A stretch of DNA of 64,000 nucleotides from Bdellovibrionota bacterium. Its GTDB lineage: Bacteria; Bdellovibrionota_C; UBA2361; JBIKWN01. Positions 24,375 to 33,786 of this stretch are shown piece by piece. Positions within the stretch are counted from its first letter, which is position 1. Every line of letters starts with the position of its first letter. The notes below the pieces were generated by a model. That model saw only the letters and a program-made list of their open reading frames with translations. It did not search any database and was not told the DNA's origin. The DNA lies in NCBI GenBank assembly GCA_044356295.1, contig JBIKWN010000002.1, forward strand, positions 74,763-138,762, in the 5' to 3' direction. A program made the translations under genes and the position numbers.

Positions 24375-25598
24375 TTAGTGATTAAACGGGAATGTAGATA
24401 AATAAAGAGCATACCCACCACAAATCTGCATGATAAGTAAAAATATACCAACTATTTTTATCCATGTACGCGAGTAAAATATTATCCTGCTGAAACCAAA
24501 GGCCGCAGGTAAAAGAATCCAAGGTATGAGCACTGCCATTCGATGAACATCAACTCTAGTTGTAAGTAACATTAATCCTGAAATAGATCCGACTATAAAA
24601 AAACAGTTTAATAATTCTTTATATCGGTAAAGCCCAATAAGGATAAATAAAGGAAGTATTCCAAAAAGAAGTGCCACTCTTGGAGGGTCTCTCCAAATTG
24701 CAGTATCGGTGGGAGTAAAAAAGATGAGTAATAACTCAGGGAATCGTTTCCTAATAGTTTCAATCAACATACCAAAGTTACTGAGGTTATGGGGATTATG
24801 TACGCCTTGTATTTCAAGCCAATAAGCCCAGTGCTCTGGGAGTGATCGAGCAATACCAATTTGCTCACCGCGCGCATTCCAAAATGACTGTAAAGAACCA
24901 AAATGTGATTGATAAAGTACTAAAATCAAAAGCGGCAGAACAAAACAAAAAAGCATATATACTTTTCTGATCCCTTTGTTTTTAATCCACAGATTCCAAA
25001 TAAAAAGTGGCGCTGATATTAGAGCGATAAATCTAACGGGTGTATATTCATATGAAGCAGCAATCATGGTTAGAACTACTCCACTTACATAGAGCAAAGA
25101 GGACCTATCATTTCGTCGCCCGCGTTCAAGCAAAGCAAGAAGCAGAAAACTTAATCCAATTGCAAAACCAACATTGACGCCATTTCCAAGAAAAAAAAGA
25201 AGTGCTGTATGGCTTAAGAATAACGCTATAAAAATAACATATTCTTTTGTTAGCGGAAGAAGTGCCCAAATGCCCAGAGCAATTACTATAAATGACAATA
25301 CTAAAGACAGCCTTCTCAGATCGTCTATTTGCATTACTTGCCATGTTGCCAATCCTCCAAAAACCAAAGACTGATCTCCATTAGAAACAAGTCCATCATG
25401 CCACAAAGTTCTAGACATGATTCGTTCTGATAAGCTCGGATAATCATTTCGCTCTTTGATAATATTCTGATGCACTGATGTTTCCCAAACCAAAAATCCT
25501 TTGGGAATCTCTCTAAACTTTCCTGCATAAATCACAACACAGACGCTGATAATCGATACCAAAATTACCATCTTCTTTAAGGGGGGAAATAAGTGCAT
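24375..25598 (-). CDS. Polytopic membrane protein, possibly GT-C (ArnT/PMT-like)
   Basis: Many hydrophobic segments; YEYTPVR and DVHR motifs reminiscent of GT39-like proteins. Confidence 0.45.
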   Translation of the reverse strand: MHLFPPLKKMVILVSIISVCVVIYAGKFREIPKGFLVWETSVHQNIIKERNDYPSLSERIMSRTLWHDGLVSNGDQSLVFGGLATWQVMQIDDLRRLSLVLSFIVIALGIWALLPLTKEYVIFIALFLSHTALLFFLGNGVNVGFAIGLSFLLLALLERGRRNDRSSLLYVSGVVLTMIAASYEYTPVRFIALISAPLFIWNLWIKNKGIRKVYMLFCFVLPLLILVLYQSHFGSLQSFWNARGEQIGIARSLPEHWAYWLEIQGVHNPHNLSNFGMLIETIRKRFPELLLIFFTPTDTAIWRDPPRVALLFGILPLFILIGLYRYKELLNCFFIVGSISGLMLLTTRVDVHRMAVLIPWILLPAAFGFSRIIFYSRTWIKIVGIFLLIMQICGGYALYLSTFPFNH

Positions 25599-25778
25599 AG
25601 AATAGATTTTAACTGTTTTTTTGAGATAAGGTCATACTAAAAATGAGGTATGCCCTGCTCAAAACTTTTTTACCGACTTTTTTTCAGCGTGATAGCAAAA
25701 AAGTTACGATTATGGTTTTTTAGATTTTTCCTGTCTGTTCTTGAGATGTAGCTCAATAAGATCATAAACTTTAATTAC

Positions 25779-27158
25779 ATGACGAACAGTAAACGAGATT
25801 TTTATAAATTTTTATTATCGCTTCTGATCGTATTTTTTACGGCGATTGCTTTGCTTTGGTTGAATACTGGAACATTATCGCCTTTTGCATCCACATACTA
25901 CGCACCGATAGTCAGTGGCCCTTGTCATTACCTCTACAATCCTGATCATTCCATTTTCTTAAGTACCTATTTAATGCTAGACGGTGCACCTTCGAGTGAA
26001 TGGATGGAAAGCATCGCACTAAGAAGGATCTTATATCCTTTAGTGGCTTATCCCTTTATGAAGGTATGGGGATTTGAGCTGGGCGGATTTATAGCAAGCT
26101 TACTTATATACGTTGTTACATTTTGGTCACTTATTATTTTTATAAATAAAAAATTTGGAAGATCCACCGCTTTATGGGGTGCTTGGATCTTTGCCACCTA
26201 TCCAGGCGTCGCATACTGGATCGGTATGCCGTTTAGTTATTCACTTATCCCAGCCGTAAGCTTATTTACAACGGTATTGATTGATAAGCTACTTGAGAAA
26301 GATCGGGGATTAAGACAGGTCATACTAATTGCTTTTTTAATAGGAGTCGGTGGCCTTGCTCATGATACGGTGGCTCTTGGCGCACTTATGGCAGGGTTTT
26401 TCGGCTTAATTTTTCAAAAGCGTTTTGCACATATTTTATGTTTCTTGCCGATAGTGGTAGCCCCACTCTTGATTACACAAGTCATTATCACTTCAATTTC
26501 GGGAACTTCAATAGTTGACTCCAACACTGTTTATTATCCCGAGATTCTCAAAAGCTACTTTACAAATTTTCAGGATCCAAGATGGCGGGAACAAATACTT
26601 GTTTTTCCTGAAGTGCTTCTTCTTTGTTTTTTTGCGAGTAACTTCATTTTTCTTCCTGTATTGGCGTTTTTTTATCTTAGAGGCAGCTATCTAGAGCGAA
26701 AAAGAGTCGCCTTCTTTCGGGCTTTTTCAATTTCTGAAACAAGTTGGCTTTTCGCCTACATTTTTATAGTTGCAATTATCAACCTCGCACCGCTCTATGG
26801 GACTAGGTTTTCAATGAGGGGGGTTGAGTATTCTCGATATTATCAATTTCTATTTGGACCGATATTTTTTTACTGCTGTCGTCACATTTCATCGCTTAAA
26901 TATGCGAAGCATGCGGCTTTAATCTGCGTGATGTTGAATGTAGCCGTCGTACTTGGTCCCTGGCTTAGTCCGAGATTTACCAGCGCAGTTTATGCTCTCT
27001 TTTACCGACATTCTAATCCAGAAGACTATGTAAATAATCTTAATAAATTTGGAAGGATTCCATTGGGAGGTTTTGGATGTCCTTTGGCCATAGAGGCTAT
27101 TCCTCTTAGTAAAAGTTATCTAAGTGGGGCAGCAAAGTGGAAGGTAGATAGTCGTTGA
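25779..27158 (+). CDS. Polytopic membrane protein, possibly GT-C fold
   Basis: Many TM segments, with an N-terminal loop containing PDH and RRILYP. Confidence 0.45.
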   Translation: MTNSKRDFYKFLLSLLIVFFTAIALLWLNTGTLSPFASTYYAPIVSGPCHYLYNPDHSIFLSTYLMLDGAPSSEWMESIALRRILYPLVAYPFMKVWGFELGGFIASLLIYVVTFWSLIIFINKKFGRSTALWGAWIFATYPGVAYWIGMPFSYSLIPAVSLFTTVLIDKLLEKDRGLRQVILIAFLIGVGGLAHDTVALGALMAGFFGLIFQKRFAHILCFLPIVVAPLLITQVIITSISGTSIVDSNTVYYPEILKSYFTNFQDPRWREQILVFPEVLLLCFFASNFIFLPVLAFFYLRGSYLERKRVAFFRAFSISETSWLFAYIFIVAIINLAPLYGTRFSMRGVEYSRYYQFLFGPIFFYCCRHISSLKYAKHAALICVMLNVAVVLGPWLSPRFTSAVYALFYRHSNPEDYVNNLNKFGRIPLGGFGCPLAIEAIPLSKSYLSGAAKWKVDSR

Positions 27159-27205
27159 AAAGTAATACAATAGTTTGAGATTTTTAATTTTTCCTATTTA
27201 TAAAA

Positions 27206-28291
27206 TTAAAAATTCGCTTTTCGAAAAACAGTAAGTACCAAACCACCTAAAAGAGCAGCACTGAGAGAAGCTACTAAAATAGAAATTTTTACTGGCTCAA
27301 GATCATTATCAAATGCAAGATTTGCAATAAAAATCGACATTGTAAAACCAACACCTGCAAGAAGTGACACTCCAAACATTTGAAGAAAATTTACGTTTTG
27401 AGGCAATGTAACGTTGAAAAATCGCACAAGGAAAAAAACTGCCAACATTATTCCAAGCGGCTTACCAAGAACTAAGCCCAGAATAATCCCCCAAAAACTT
27501 TGAAGCTCAGTCGCCAACATAAAAGCGTTCAATGAAATTGGCACTCCAGCATTTACAAGTGCAAAAAGCGGCATAATGCAAAATGCGACAAACGAATGAA
27601 GTTTATCTTCATACTGTGAAGCATTTGATTCGGGAACAAGAAACGCAAGAATGATTCCAGCTATTGTTGCATGAATTCCAGACAAGAGTGTTCCATACCA
27701 AAGTAGAATGGCAAAAACTGTGAAAACGATATGTCGTTTTGATACAGATTTACGAAGCAAAAAAAGTACAACTGCTAAAATAAAAACAATAGCGAGATAG
27801 AAAAATGAGAAACTTTTCGAATAAAAAAAAGCTATTACTAAGATGGCACCAATATCATCAACGATTGCAAGGGATGTAAGGAAAATCTTGAGACCATGCG
27901 GTATTCTTGAGCCGAACAGACTCAAGACACCAAGCGCAAATGCAATATCAGTTGCCATAGGAACGCCCCAACCTGATTGCTCTTTAGTACCATATGTACA
28001 AAAAAGATACATTGCTGCTGGTGCAATCATGCCTCCGATAGCAGCACCAATTGGCAGACTGCTTTTTGAAAAACTTGCAAGTTCACCAGAGTTAATTTCA
28101 CGACGAATTTCTAACCCAACTACAAAAAAGAATAATACCATTAATACATCATTCACAAAAAAATGCATTGAATGACTTAAAGAAAAGTATAGTTCCGAAA
28201 AAGTCGAGTTAGCTAGAATAAGTGCAACAATGGTCATAAGAAGCAATAAAATTGCACTCGATGACTCATGTTTAAAAAATGTCGCGAGCAT
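27206..28291 (-). CDS. nhaA: Na+/H+ antiporter NhaA
   Basis: VNDVLM, GLEIRRE, GWGVPMATDIAF, LAIVDD, GKPLGI and GVGFTMS. Confidence 0.95.
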   Translation of the reverse strand: MLATFFKHESSSAILLLLMTIVALILANSTFSELYFSLSHSMHFFVNDVLMVLFFFVVGLEIRREINSGELASFSKSSLPIGAAIGGMIAPAAMYLFCTYGTKEQSGWGVPMATDIAFALGVLSLFGSRIPHGLKIFLTSLAIVDDIGAILVIAFFYSKSFSFFYLAIVFILAVVLFLLRKSVSKRHIVFTVFAILLWYGTLLSGIHATIAGIILAFLVPESNASQYEDKLHSFVAFCIMPLFALVNAGVPISLNAFMLATELQSFWGIILGLVLGKPLGIMLAVFFLVRFFNVTLPQNVNFLQMFGVSLLAGVGFTMSIFIANLAFDNDLEPVKISILVASLSAALLGGLVLTVFRKANF

Positions 28292-28294
28292 TTT

Positions 28295-30604
28295 TTATAA
28301 ACCTAAAGAAGTATAAAATGTCGTAAGTAAAACAGTAATTATTGTCAACAAAAATCCAACTTTGAAAAAATCTTTCAAAGAATACCCACCAGGGCCAAGA
28401 ATAAGCATATGGGCTCGGTGGCTAAGAGGGCTTAAAAATCCAAGAGAAGCAGCAACAGAAACAGCCATTACCATTGGCTGCGGAAGAAACCCGTGTGACA
28501 AAGACAATTGTATTGCAACAGGAGCAACGATAATCACTGCAAGAGTTGAATCAAGTAGTTGTGCAATAACACAACTTGCAGACACTAAAAGGAACACAAG
28601 AAAAAATTGTCCGTGTAATTCTGTGAATGAAGTAATAAAAGTTGTAAGATTATCCGTAATTCCAAATCGTGAAAAAGCGATTTGAAATGGAAGGAGGCAA
28701 GCGAGCATGATAATTAATCGCCAATCTATTTCACGATATGCCTCTTCCATTTTTATTGCACCACTCAGGATAACAATTGCACATGCAATCAACGCAGAAA
28801 TACCCGGTGAAAATAAATGAATACCTGATAGTAGAACGAGGGTGAATAAAGCAAAAAGTGCCCATTTTGCTTTTTCAGGACGTGTCGGAGTTTGAAACTG
28901 ATCAGATAGAAAAACAAAATCAGTATCTCTTGCAAGAAGTGATAGCTGTTCGTGGCTTCCTTGCAGAAGTAACGCATCCCCGAACTGAAGTGGTGTGCGG
29001 CTAAATTTAGTACGTTTTGGCTCTCCATTTCTCCAGATACCAAGTACTTTGACACCATATACTTTTGTAAATCGTACTGATTCTATTGATTTGTTAATGA
29101 GGCTCGAACGGGGGGCAAGGACAACTTCTTGCAAAAGTAGCTCGGATGCCTCGAAATCAAATTCAGACGTATCTTCATCAATATTGATTTCTGTAAGGGC
29201 TTTAATGGCATCGATAACCTTTGATTGTCCGGCAACTATGAGGACATCTCCTGCTTCAATTAATTCTTCACCTGTAATGTTAATAATAAAATCGCCATTT
29301 CTTTTAATGCTGATGACGGTAAGTTCGATGAGTTCATTAAGTCCACTCTCACGAATTGCAATACGCGAAAGTCTTGAATCGTCAGGAATTTGAATCGCAA
29401 AAACTGCCTCTCGTGAAAGATTATTTAATTCAACTACATTTTTTTCAAAGACATCATCTAATAATGTTTGATTCGATTTTAATCCGATGCAGATTGCGAG
29501 ATCACCATCCAGTAATTCTTGATCTGATATCGATTCAGTGATGAGTTGCCCATTTCGCTCAATTGAAAGAATGTAAAATCCGTACGTCGCTCGGAACGCA
29601 ATCTCTTTAATTTTTTTGCCGCGAGACGAATTTTTTCTGTCTATTCGTATTCTTCGTGCTGTTAAAAGATTTGCTTCCTCTAACGTCAGCGCTTGGTGAA
29701 GAGTCAATACCTCAGCATTACTGATTCTTAACATTTTTTGTAACTCTTGACTCCTGCCACGTACGAGGAGCGTATCGCCATTATGAAGAGCATCCTCTGC
29801 CGTCATTGAAAAGCGCAGTTTGTGATCTCTTTTGATTGCCAGCACTTCAAGGTCAAGTGCTTCACCCCATTTGAGTTCTTTTAATTTCTTACCTTCTAGT
29901 TTTGATTGTTGTGGAAGCTTTAAGGAGAAAAGTCTTTCCTTTAAGCGGTACACATCTGCAAGCGCAGTTCCAGTTAAGCTCTCAGTCATAGACTTACCTG
30001 ATAGAAAATGTCGACCAATGACTACAAAGTAAATAAGCCCTGCAAGTGAAAGTAAAATACCTAGAGGGAAAAACTCAAGAAGTGAAAAAGGTCGAAGATT
30101 ATATTGTCTGAGAACTTCCGACCCAAGCATATTAGAAGAAGTACCAACGAGTGTTACCGTTCCACCAAGGAGCACTCCAAAAGAGAGTGGAATAAAAAGT
30201 TTGCCTGGACTAATTCGGGCATGACGCGCAAGGCTTGCAACAGCCGGAAGCATCGCAGCAGTTGCAGCAACATTATTCATAACACTTGAAATCAACGCTC
30301 CAACTCCAAACGTGAGGGCGACAGCTCTTGCTTCATCCCCTTTCGAGTAATTGGCCATTGCTTTTCCAAATCTATCTGCTAAGCCAGAGAGTCGAAGAGC
30401 ACCACTGAGGAAAAAACTAGTTGCCATCAATATCACTGCTTCAGATGAAAAACCTTTCAGTGCCTCATCCGTCGAAAGGAGACCAAGAACTACAAGCAGA
30501 AGCATTGAAAAAAGCGCAGCAGCATCAAGCCCGACTTTTCCAGAATAAAAAAGCCCAACGGTTACAAAGAAAACCGATAAAACAATATATGACTCTTGGG
30601 TCAT
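28295..30604 (-). CDS. SLC13 family permease with TrkA-C (RCK-C) domains
   Basis: MNNVAA and GGTVTLVGTSSNM, repeated RCK-C domains, C-terminal GPGGYSLKDF. Confidence 0.9.
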   Translation of the reverse strand: MTQESYIVLSVFFVTVGLFYSGKVGLDAAALFSMLLLVVLGLLSTDEALKGFSSEAVILMATSFFLSGALRLSGLADRFGKAMANYSKGDEARAVALTFGVGALISSVMNNVAATAAMLPAVASLARHARISPGKLFIPLSFGVLLGGTVTLVGTSSNMLGSEVLRQYNLRPFSLLEFFPLGILLSLAGLIYFVVIGRHFLSGKSMTESLTGTALADVYRLKERLFSLKLPQQSKLEGKKLKELKWGEALDLEVLAIKRDHKLRFSMTAEDALHNGDTLLVRGRSQELQKMLRISNAEVLTLHQALTLEEANLLTARRIRIDRKNSSRGKKIKEIAFRATYGFYILSIERNGQLITESISDQELLDGDLAICIGLKSNQTLLDDVFEKNVVELNNLSREAVFAIQIPDDSRLSRIAIRESGLNELIELTVISIKRNGDFIINITGEELIEAGDVLIVAGQSKVIDAIKALTEINIDEDTSEFDFEASELLLQEVVLAPRSSLINKSIESVRFTKVYGVKVLGIWRNGEPKRTKFSRTPLQFGDALLLQGSHEQLSLLARDTDFVFLSDQFQTPTRPEKAKWALFALFTLVLLSGIHLFSPGISALIACAIVILSGAIKMEEAYREIDWRLIIMLACLLPFQIAFSRFGITDNLTTFITSFTELHGQFFLVFLLVSASCVIAQLLDSTLAVIIVAPVAIQLSLSHGFLPQPMVMAVSVAASLGFLSPLSHRAHMLILGPGGYSLKDFFKVGFLLTIITVLLTTFYTSLGL

Positions 30605-30623
30605 CTCGAGACTTAACTATTAA

Positions 30624-32195
30624 CTAAATGGAATATAGGTGGTCAAACAATGTTGCCCCTGCAAGACGAGTGATTCTCTTGTTTTCAGCTAGTGAATATA
30701 CAATATGAAATACTGCTTCTGGCTCAGCAGAAATAGCAGTAGCAATCTCTTCAACAGTTTGACCGTCTCCTTTAGAAAGGGCTGACATAATTTTCTTTTG
30801 CAGATCAAGAACAGATGCTGCTGCTTTTTTACCAGCCTCAACACCTGGTTGGTGATACGCATTTACATTAATCAAAGAAGCATACAAACCAACTGTCCGC
30901 TCAAACAATGCTATTAACATACCAATAGTCTCTTCGCTGACTTCATCAATTGTTAACGAAATACTTTCTCTGCCATTTTCATAAAGAGCTTGTCTTGTTC
31001 CTTGATAAAAACCTGAAAGATAATCAGCACTCGTTATACTCGGCTCAACTTCCATAGAAGTGGCAATCGATTCAGTACGTGCAGCACGCAGTACTTGGAT
31101 AAAAACTGCAAAAAAGTTTGGTACCCCTTCTCTTAATTGCTGTAGATACGCATGTTGATCAGTTGATCCTTTATTTCCATAGACTGCGATGCCTTGAAAT
31201 ACTGATTTACCAGAAAGGTCTTTCTCTTTACCAAGACTCTCCATGACAAGTTGTTGTAAGTATCTGCTAAAAAGTTCTAATCGATCTTTATACGGCAGAA
31301 TCACCATATCTTTTTGGCCATTTCCTCCACCTAATCGATACCAACAAAGTGCCAATATCATCGCTGGATTTTGCCGCCAATCTTTGACCCTAGTCAGTTC
31401 ATCCATTTGTTTTGCCCCGAAAAGCAGAGCATCAACATTAAACCCCTGTAATGCAGCTGGAACTAATCCAACTGTGCTTAACTGACTTGTTCTTCCTCCA
31501 ACCCAATCCCACATTGGAAAAGTTTTAAGCCATTTTTCACTTGTTGCAGTCTGAAACAATTCACTGCCATCACCTGTAATGGCTACAAAGTGATCCGAAA
31601 CAGAAAGTTTCTTTTTAGATAATGCTGTTTTAGCAATGAGCTGTCCGTTTCGTGTTTCTTTAGTGCCACCTGATTTTGAAATAACTACAACAAGTGTTGC
31701 TGCCAGATCAGGAATTTTATCCAGAACGCGAGCCATTCCGTCTGGGTCCGTATTATCAAAAAAATAAAGATCGAGGGGATCTTTATGCGACGAGAGTGCA
31801 TGACTTAAGAATTGAGGTCCAAGCGCGGATCCACCAATCCCGATAACAAGGAGATGTTTGAAACATTTATAATGTTCAGGATGAATCTTTCCTGAATGAA
31901 TATCTGCTGCAAATTGTTTTAGATTTGAGACCGCATCCTCAATTGCTGAGGCAATTTCTTTGGTCGGGCTCATTTTTGAATTTCTCAGCCAATAGTGCCC
32001 TACCATTCTTTTTTCATCTGGATTGGCAATGGAGCCACCTTCAAGGGCGTCCATATCGGTCAAAGCTTTCTGAATTTTTGGCTCCATTTCCTTTAAAAAT
32101 GGGGCTTCCAGAGCACCTCGGCTAAAATCGAGACCAAAGCTATGAAAAGAGTTATAGTAGTAAGAGTTCTTGAAATGGTTCCATGTAAGATTCAT
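30624..32195 (-). CDS. pgi: Glucose-6-phosphate isomerase
   Basis: GIGGSALGP, SKSGGTKET, VGGRTS, QQLVMESLGK and AYHQPGVEAGK. Confidence 0.95.
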   Translation of the reverse strand: MNLTWNHFKNSYYYNSFHSFGLDFSRGALEAPFLKEMEPKIQKALTDMDALEGGSIANPDEKRMVGHYWLRNSKMSPTKEIASAIEDAVSNLKQFAADIHSGKIHPEHYKCFKHLLVIGIGGSALGPQFLSHALSSHKDPLDLYFFDNTDPDGMARVLDKIPDLAATLVVVISKSGGTKETRNGQLIAKTALSKKKLSVSDHFVAITGDGSELFQTATSEKWLKTFPMWDWVGGRTSQLSTVGLVPAALQGFNVDALLFGAKQMDELTRVKDWRQNPAMILALCWYRLGGGNGQKDMVILPYKDRLELFSRYLQQLVMESLGKEKDLSGKSVFQGIAVYGNKGSTDQHAYLQQLREGVPNFFAVFIQVLRAARTESIATSMEVEPSITSADYLSGFYQGTRQALYENGRESISLTIDEVSEETIGMLIALFERTVGLYASLINVNAYHQPGVEAGKKAAASVLDLQKKIMSALSKGDGQTVEEIATAISAEPEAVFHIVYSLAENKRITRLAGATLFDHLYSI

Positions 32196-32239
32196 ACCTT
32201 GAACTATCGAAAACTATTTCGTATTTTGCCAGTCCCTAT

Positions 32240-32905
32240 ATGTTAAAACGTAACCTAACCATGCTCCTTGGATGTTTTGAGGAGTTCAAAAACACTGGCT
32301 CAGCCTTTAATAGCTCAAAATGGGCAGCTAGGGCTCTGACTAATCCAATGTCAGAGCGCTCTGGGCCAGTGAACATCATTGAAATTGGTGCCGGTACAGG
32401 ACCTGTTACCGTTGAGATTATCAAAAGAATGATTCCTGGTGACCATCTCACAATTGTTGAGATTAACCCCAAATTTATGGCTGTTCTTAAAGAACATATT
32501 ACGGCTCTTCCTGAATATGCTGCCCACTGCGAAAGAATCACTTTTTTCGAAGGTCCTATTCAAGATGTTCCAGAGACAAAAAAATATGATCTTCTGGTTT
32601 GTGCGCTGCCGTTTCTTAATTTTGATAGACCACTTGTTGAAGAGATCTTTGTTAAATTTAATAGACTCTCAAATCCTGATGCAATCATGACGCATTACGA
32701 ATACATAGGAATGAGACGTATTGGAAAAGTTGTTTCAAAAGCTCGCGCTAAAAGAGCTGAAGAGTTGGAAAACTTCTTTTCTGAAATTGGTCATACTCGT
32801 TTAATTACTAAGAAGAATGTTTGGCTCAATCTTACGCCAATTCATATTTATACACTGAATCTTCCTGTTGAGATTGAAAAACGGACTTTGCTTCGTGCTT
32901 CTTGA
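32240..32905 (+). CDS. Phospholipid N-methyltransferase-like SAM methyltransferase (PmtA/OlsG-like)
   Basis: TGS...SS..AA, IEIGAGTGPVT, VEINPKF, LPFLNF and C-terminal VWLNLTP. Confidence 0.7.
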   Translation: MLKRNLTMLLGCFEEFKNTGSAFNSSKWAARALTNPMSERSGPVNIIEIGAGTGPVTVEIIKRMIPGDHLTIVEINPKFMAVLKEHITALPEYAAHCERITFFEGPIQDVPETKKYDLLVCALPFLNFDRPLVEEIFVKFNRLSNPDAIMTHYEYIGMRRIGKVVSKARAKRAEELENFFSEIGHTRLITKKNVWLNLTPIHIYTLNLPVEIEKRTLLRAS

Positions 32906-32911
32906 GATTGA

Positions 32912-32983
32912 GTAACACGAAGGTCGCGAAGTACGCTAAGGATTAAATTAATTCCTTCGCGTACTTCGCGACCTTCGCGTTAC
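32912..32983. repeat. Long imperfect inverted repeat of 9-nt units between convergent genes (REP-like or bidirectional terminator)
   Basis: gtaacacgaaggtcgcgaagtacgctaagga ... tccttcgcgtacttcgcgaccttcgcgttac; 31-bp stem with 3 mismatches. Confidence 0.8.
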
Positions 32984-33030
32984 AAAAAATGTCTTCAGTT
33001 ACTATTCTACCGGACAGAAGTGTTAGCGGA

Positions 33031-33786
33031 TCAACTGTTATTTTTAGGGCTTCTCTTAAAAATCGATTTTAAGGGACCACTAAATACATAACCTAGTGCA
33101 ACTAAAAGAAATCCGATTTTTGAATTATACCAAACAAGCGCAATGGTCGCTCCGAGCATTAGTTGCCAAAATAGACTCATCCCCTGAAGTTTCAGACCCT
33201 TAATGCTAAAAAATTCAATATCGGAAACCATCAAAAAGGAAAGAGTCGCCATGGTAAGCGTTCCAAGTGTCAAAATTGTATCAGACTGCGTAACGGGACC
33301 CATAAAGTGAACAATCGCTAATACAGCACCGGCTGCACCCGGCGTGGGAAGACCAGAGAATCCTTTTAAGTTTGTTGATGTTAAGTTGAAACGAGCAAGC
33401 CTTGATGCTGCACAAAGTGTAAAGATAAAAGTTATAAACACTCCGAATTCATCAGCAGTTTTTGAAAATCCCCAATGATACATCAGCACTGCTGGAGCAA
33501 CGCCAAATGAAACAACGTCAGAGAAAGAATCGAATTCCATTCCAAATGGAGACGTTGCATTCAATTTCCGAGCAACACGACCATCGAGCCCATCAAGAAG
33601 GATCGCAATAGTCAGTGTTAATACACTCTCACTCAAACGACCAGAGGTTGCATACATAATTGCAAGATACCCACAAAACATATTTCCAAGGGTCACTAAG
33701 TTTGGAACAAGATAACGTCTGCGGTAGGCAACTTCTTTGATTCTCGATCTGCGTTCTTCTTTGGTATTCCCAAGAAATTTACGCAT
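33031..33786 (-). CDS. pssA: CDP-diacylglycerol--serine O-phosphatidyltransferase
   Basis: PNLVT, LDGLDGRVAR...G...DSFSD CDP-alcohol motif, RLARFN and GLPTP; likely start ATG 33786. Confidence 0.9.
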   Translation of the reverse strand: MRKFLGNTKEERRSRIKEVAYRRRYLVPNLVTLGNMFCGYLAIMYATSGRLSESVLTLTIAILLDGLDGRVARKLNATSPFGMEFDSFSDVVSFGVAPAVLMYHWGFSKTADEFGVFITFIFTLCAASRLARFNLTSTNLKGFSGLPTPGAAGAVLAIVHFMGPVTQSDTILTLGTLTMATLSFLMVSDIEFFSIKGLKLQGMSLFWQLMLGATIALVWYNSKIGFLLVALGYVFSGPLKSIFKRSPKNNS

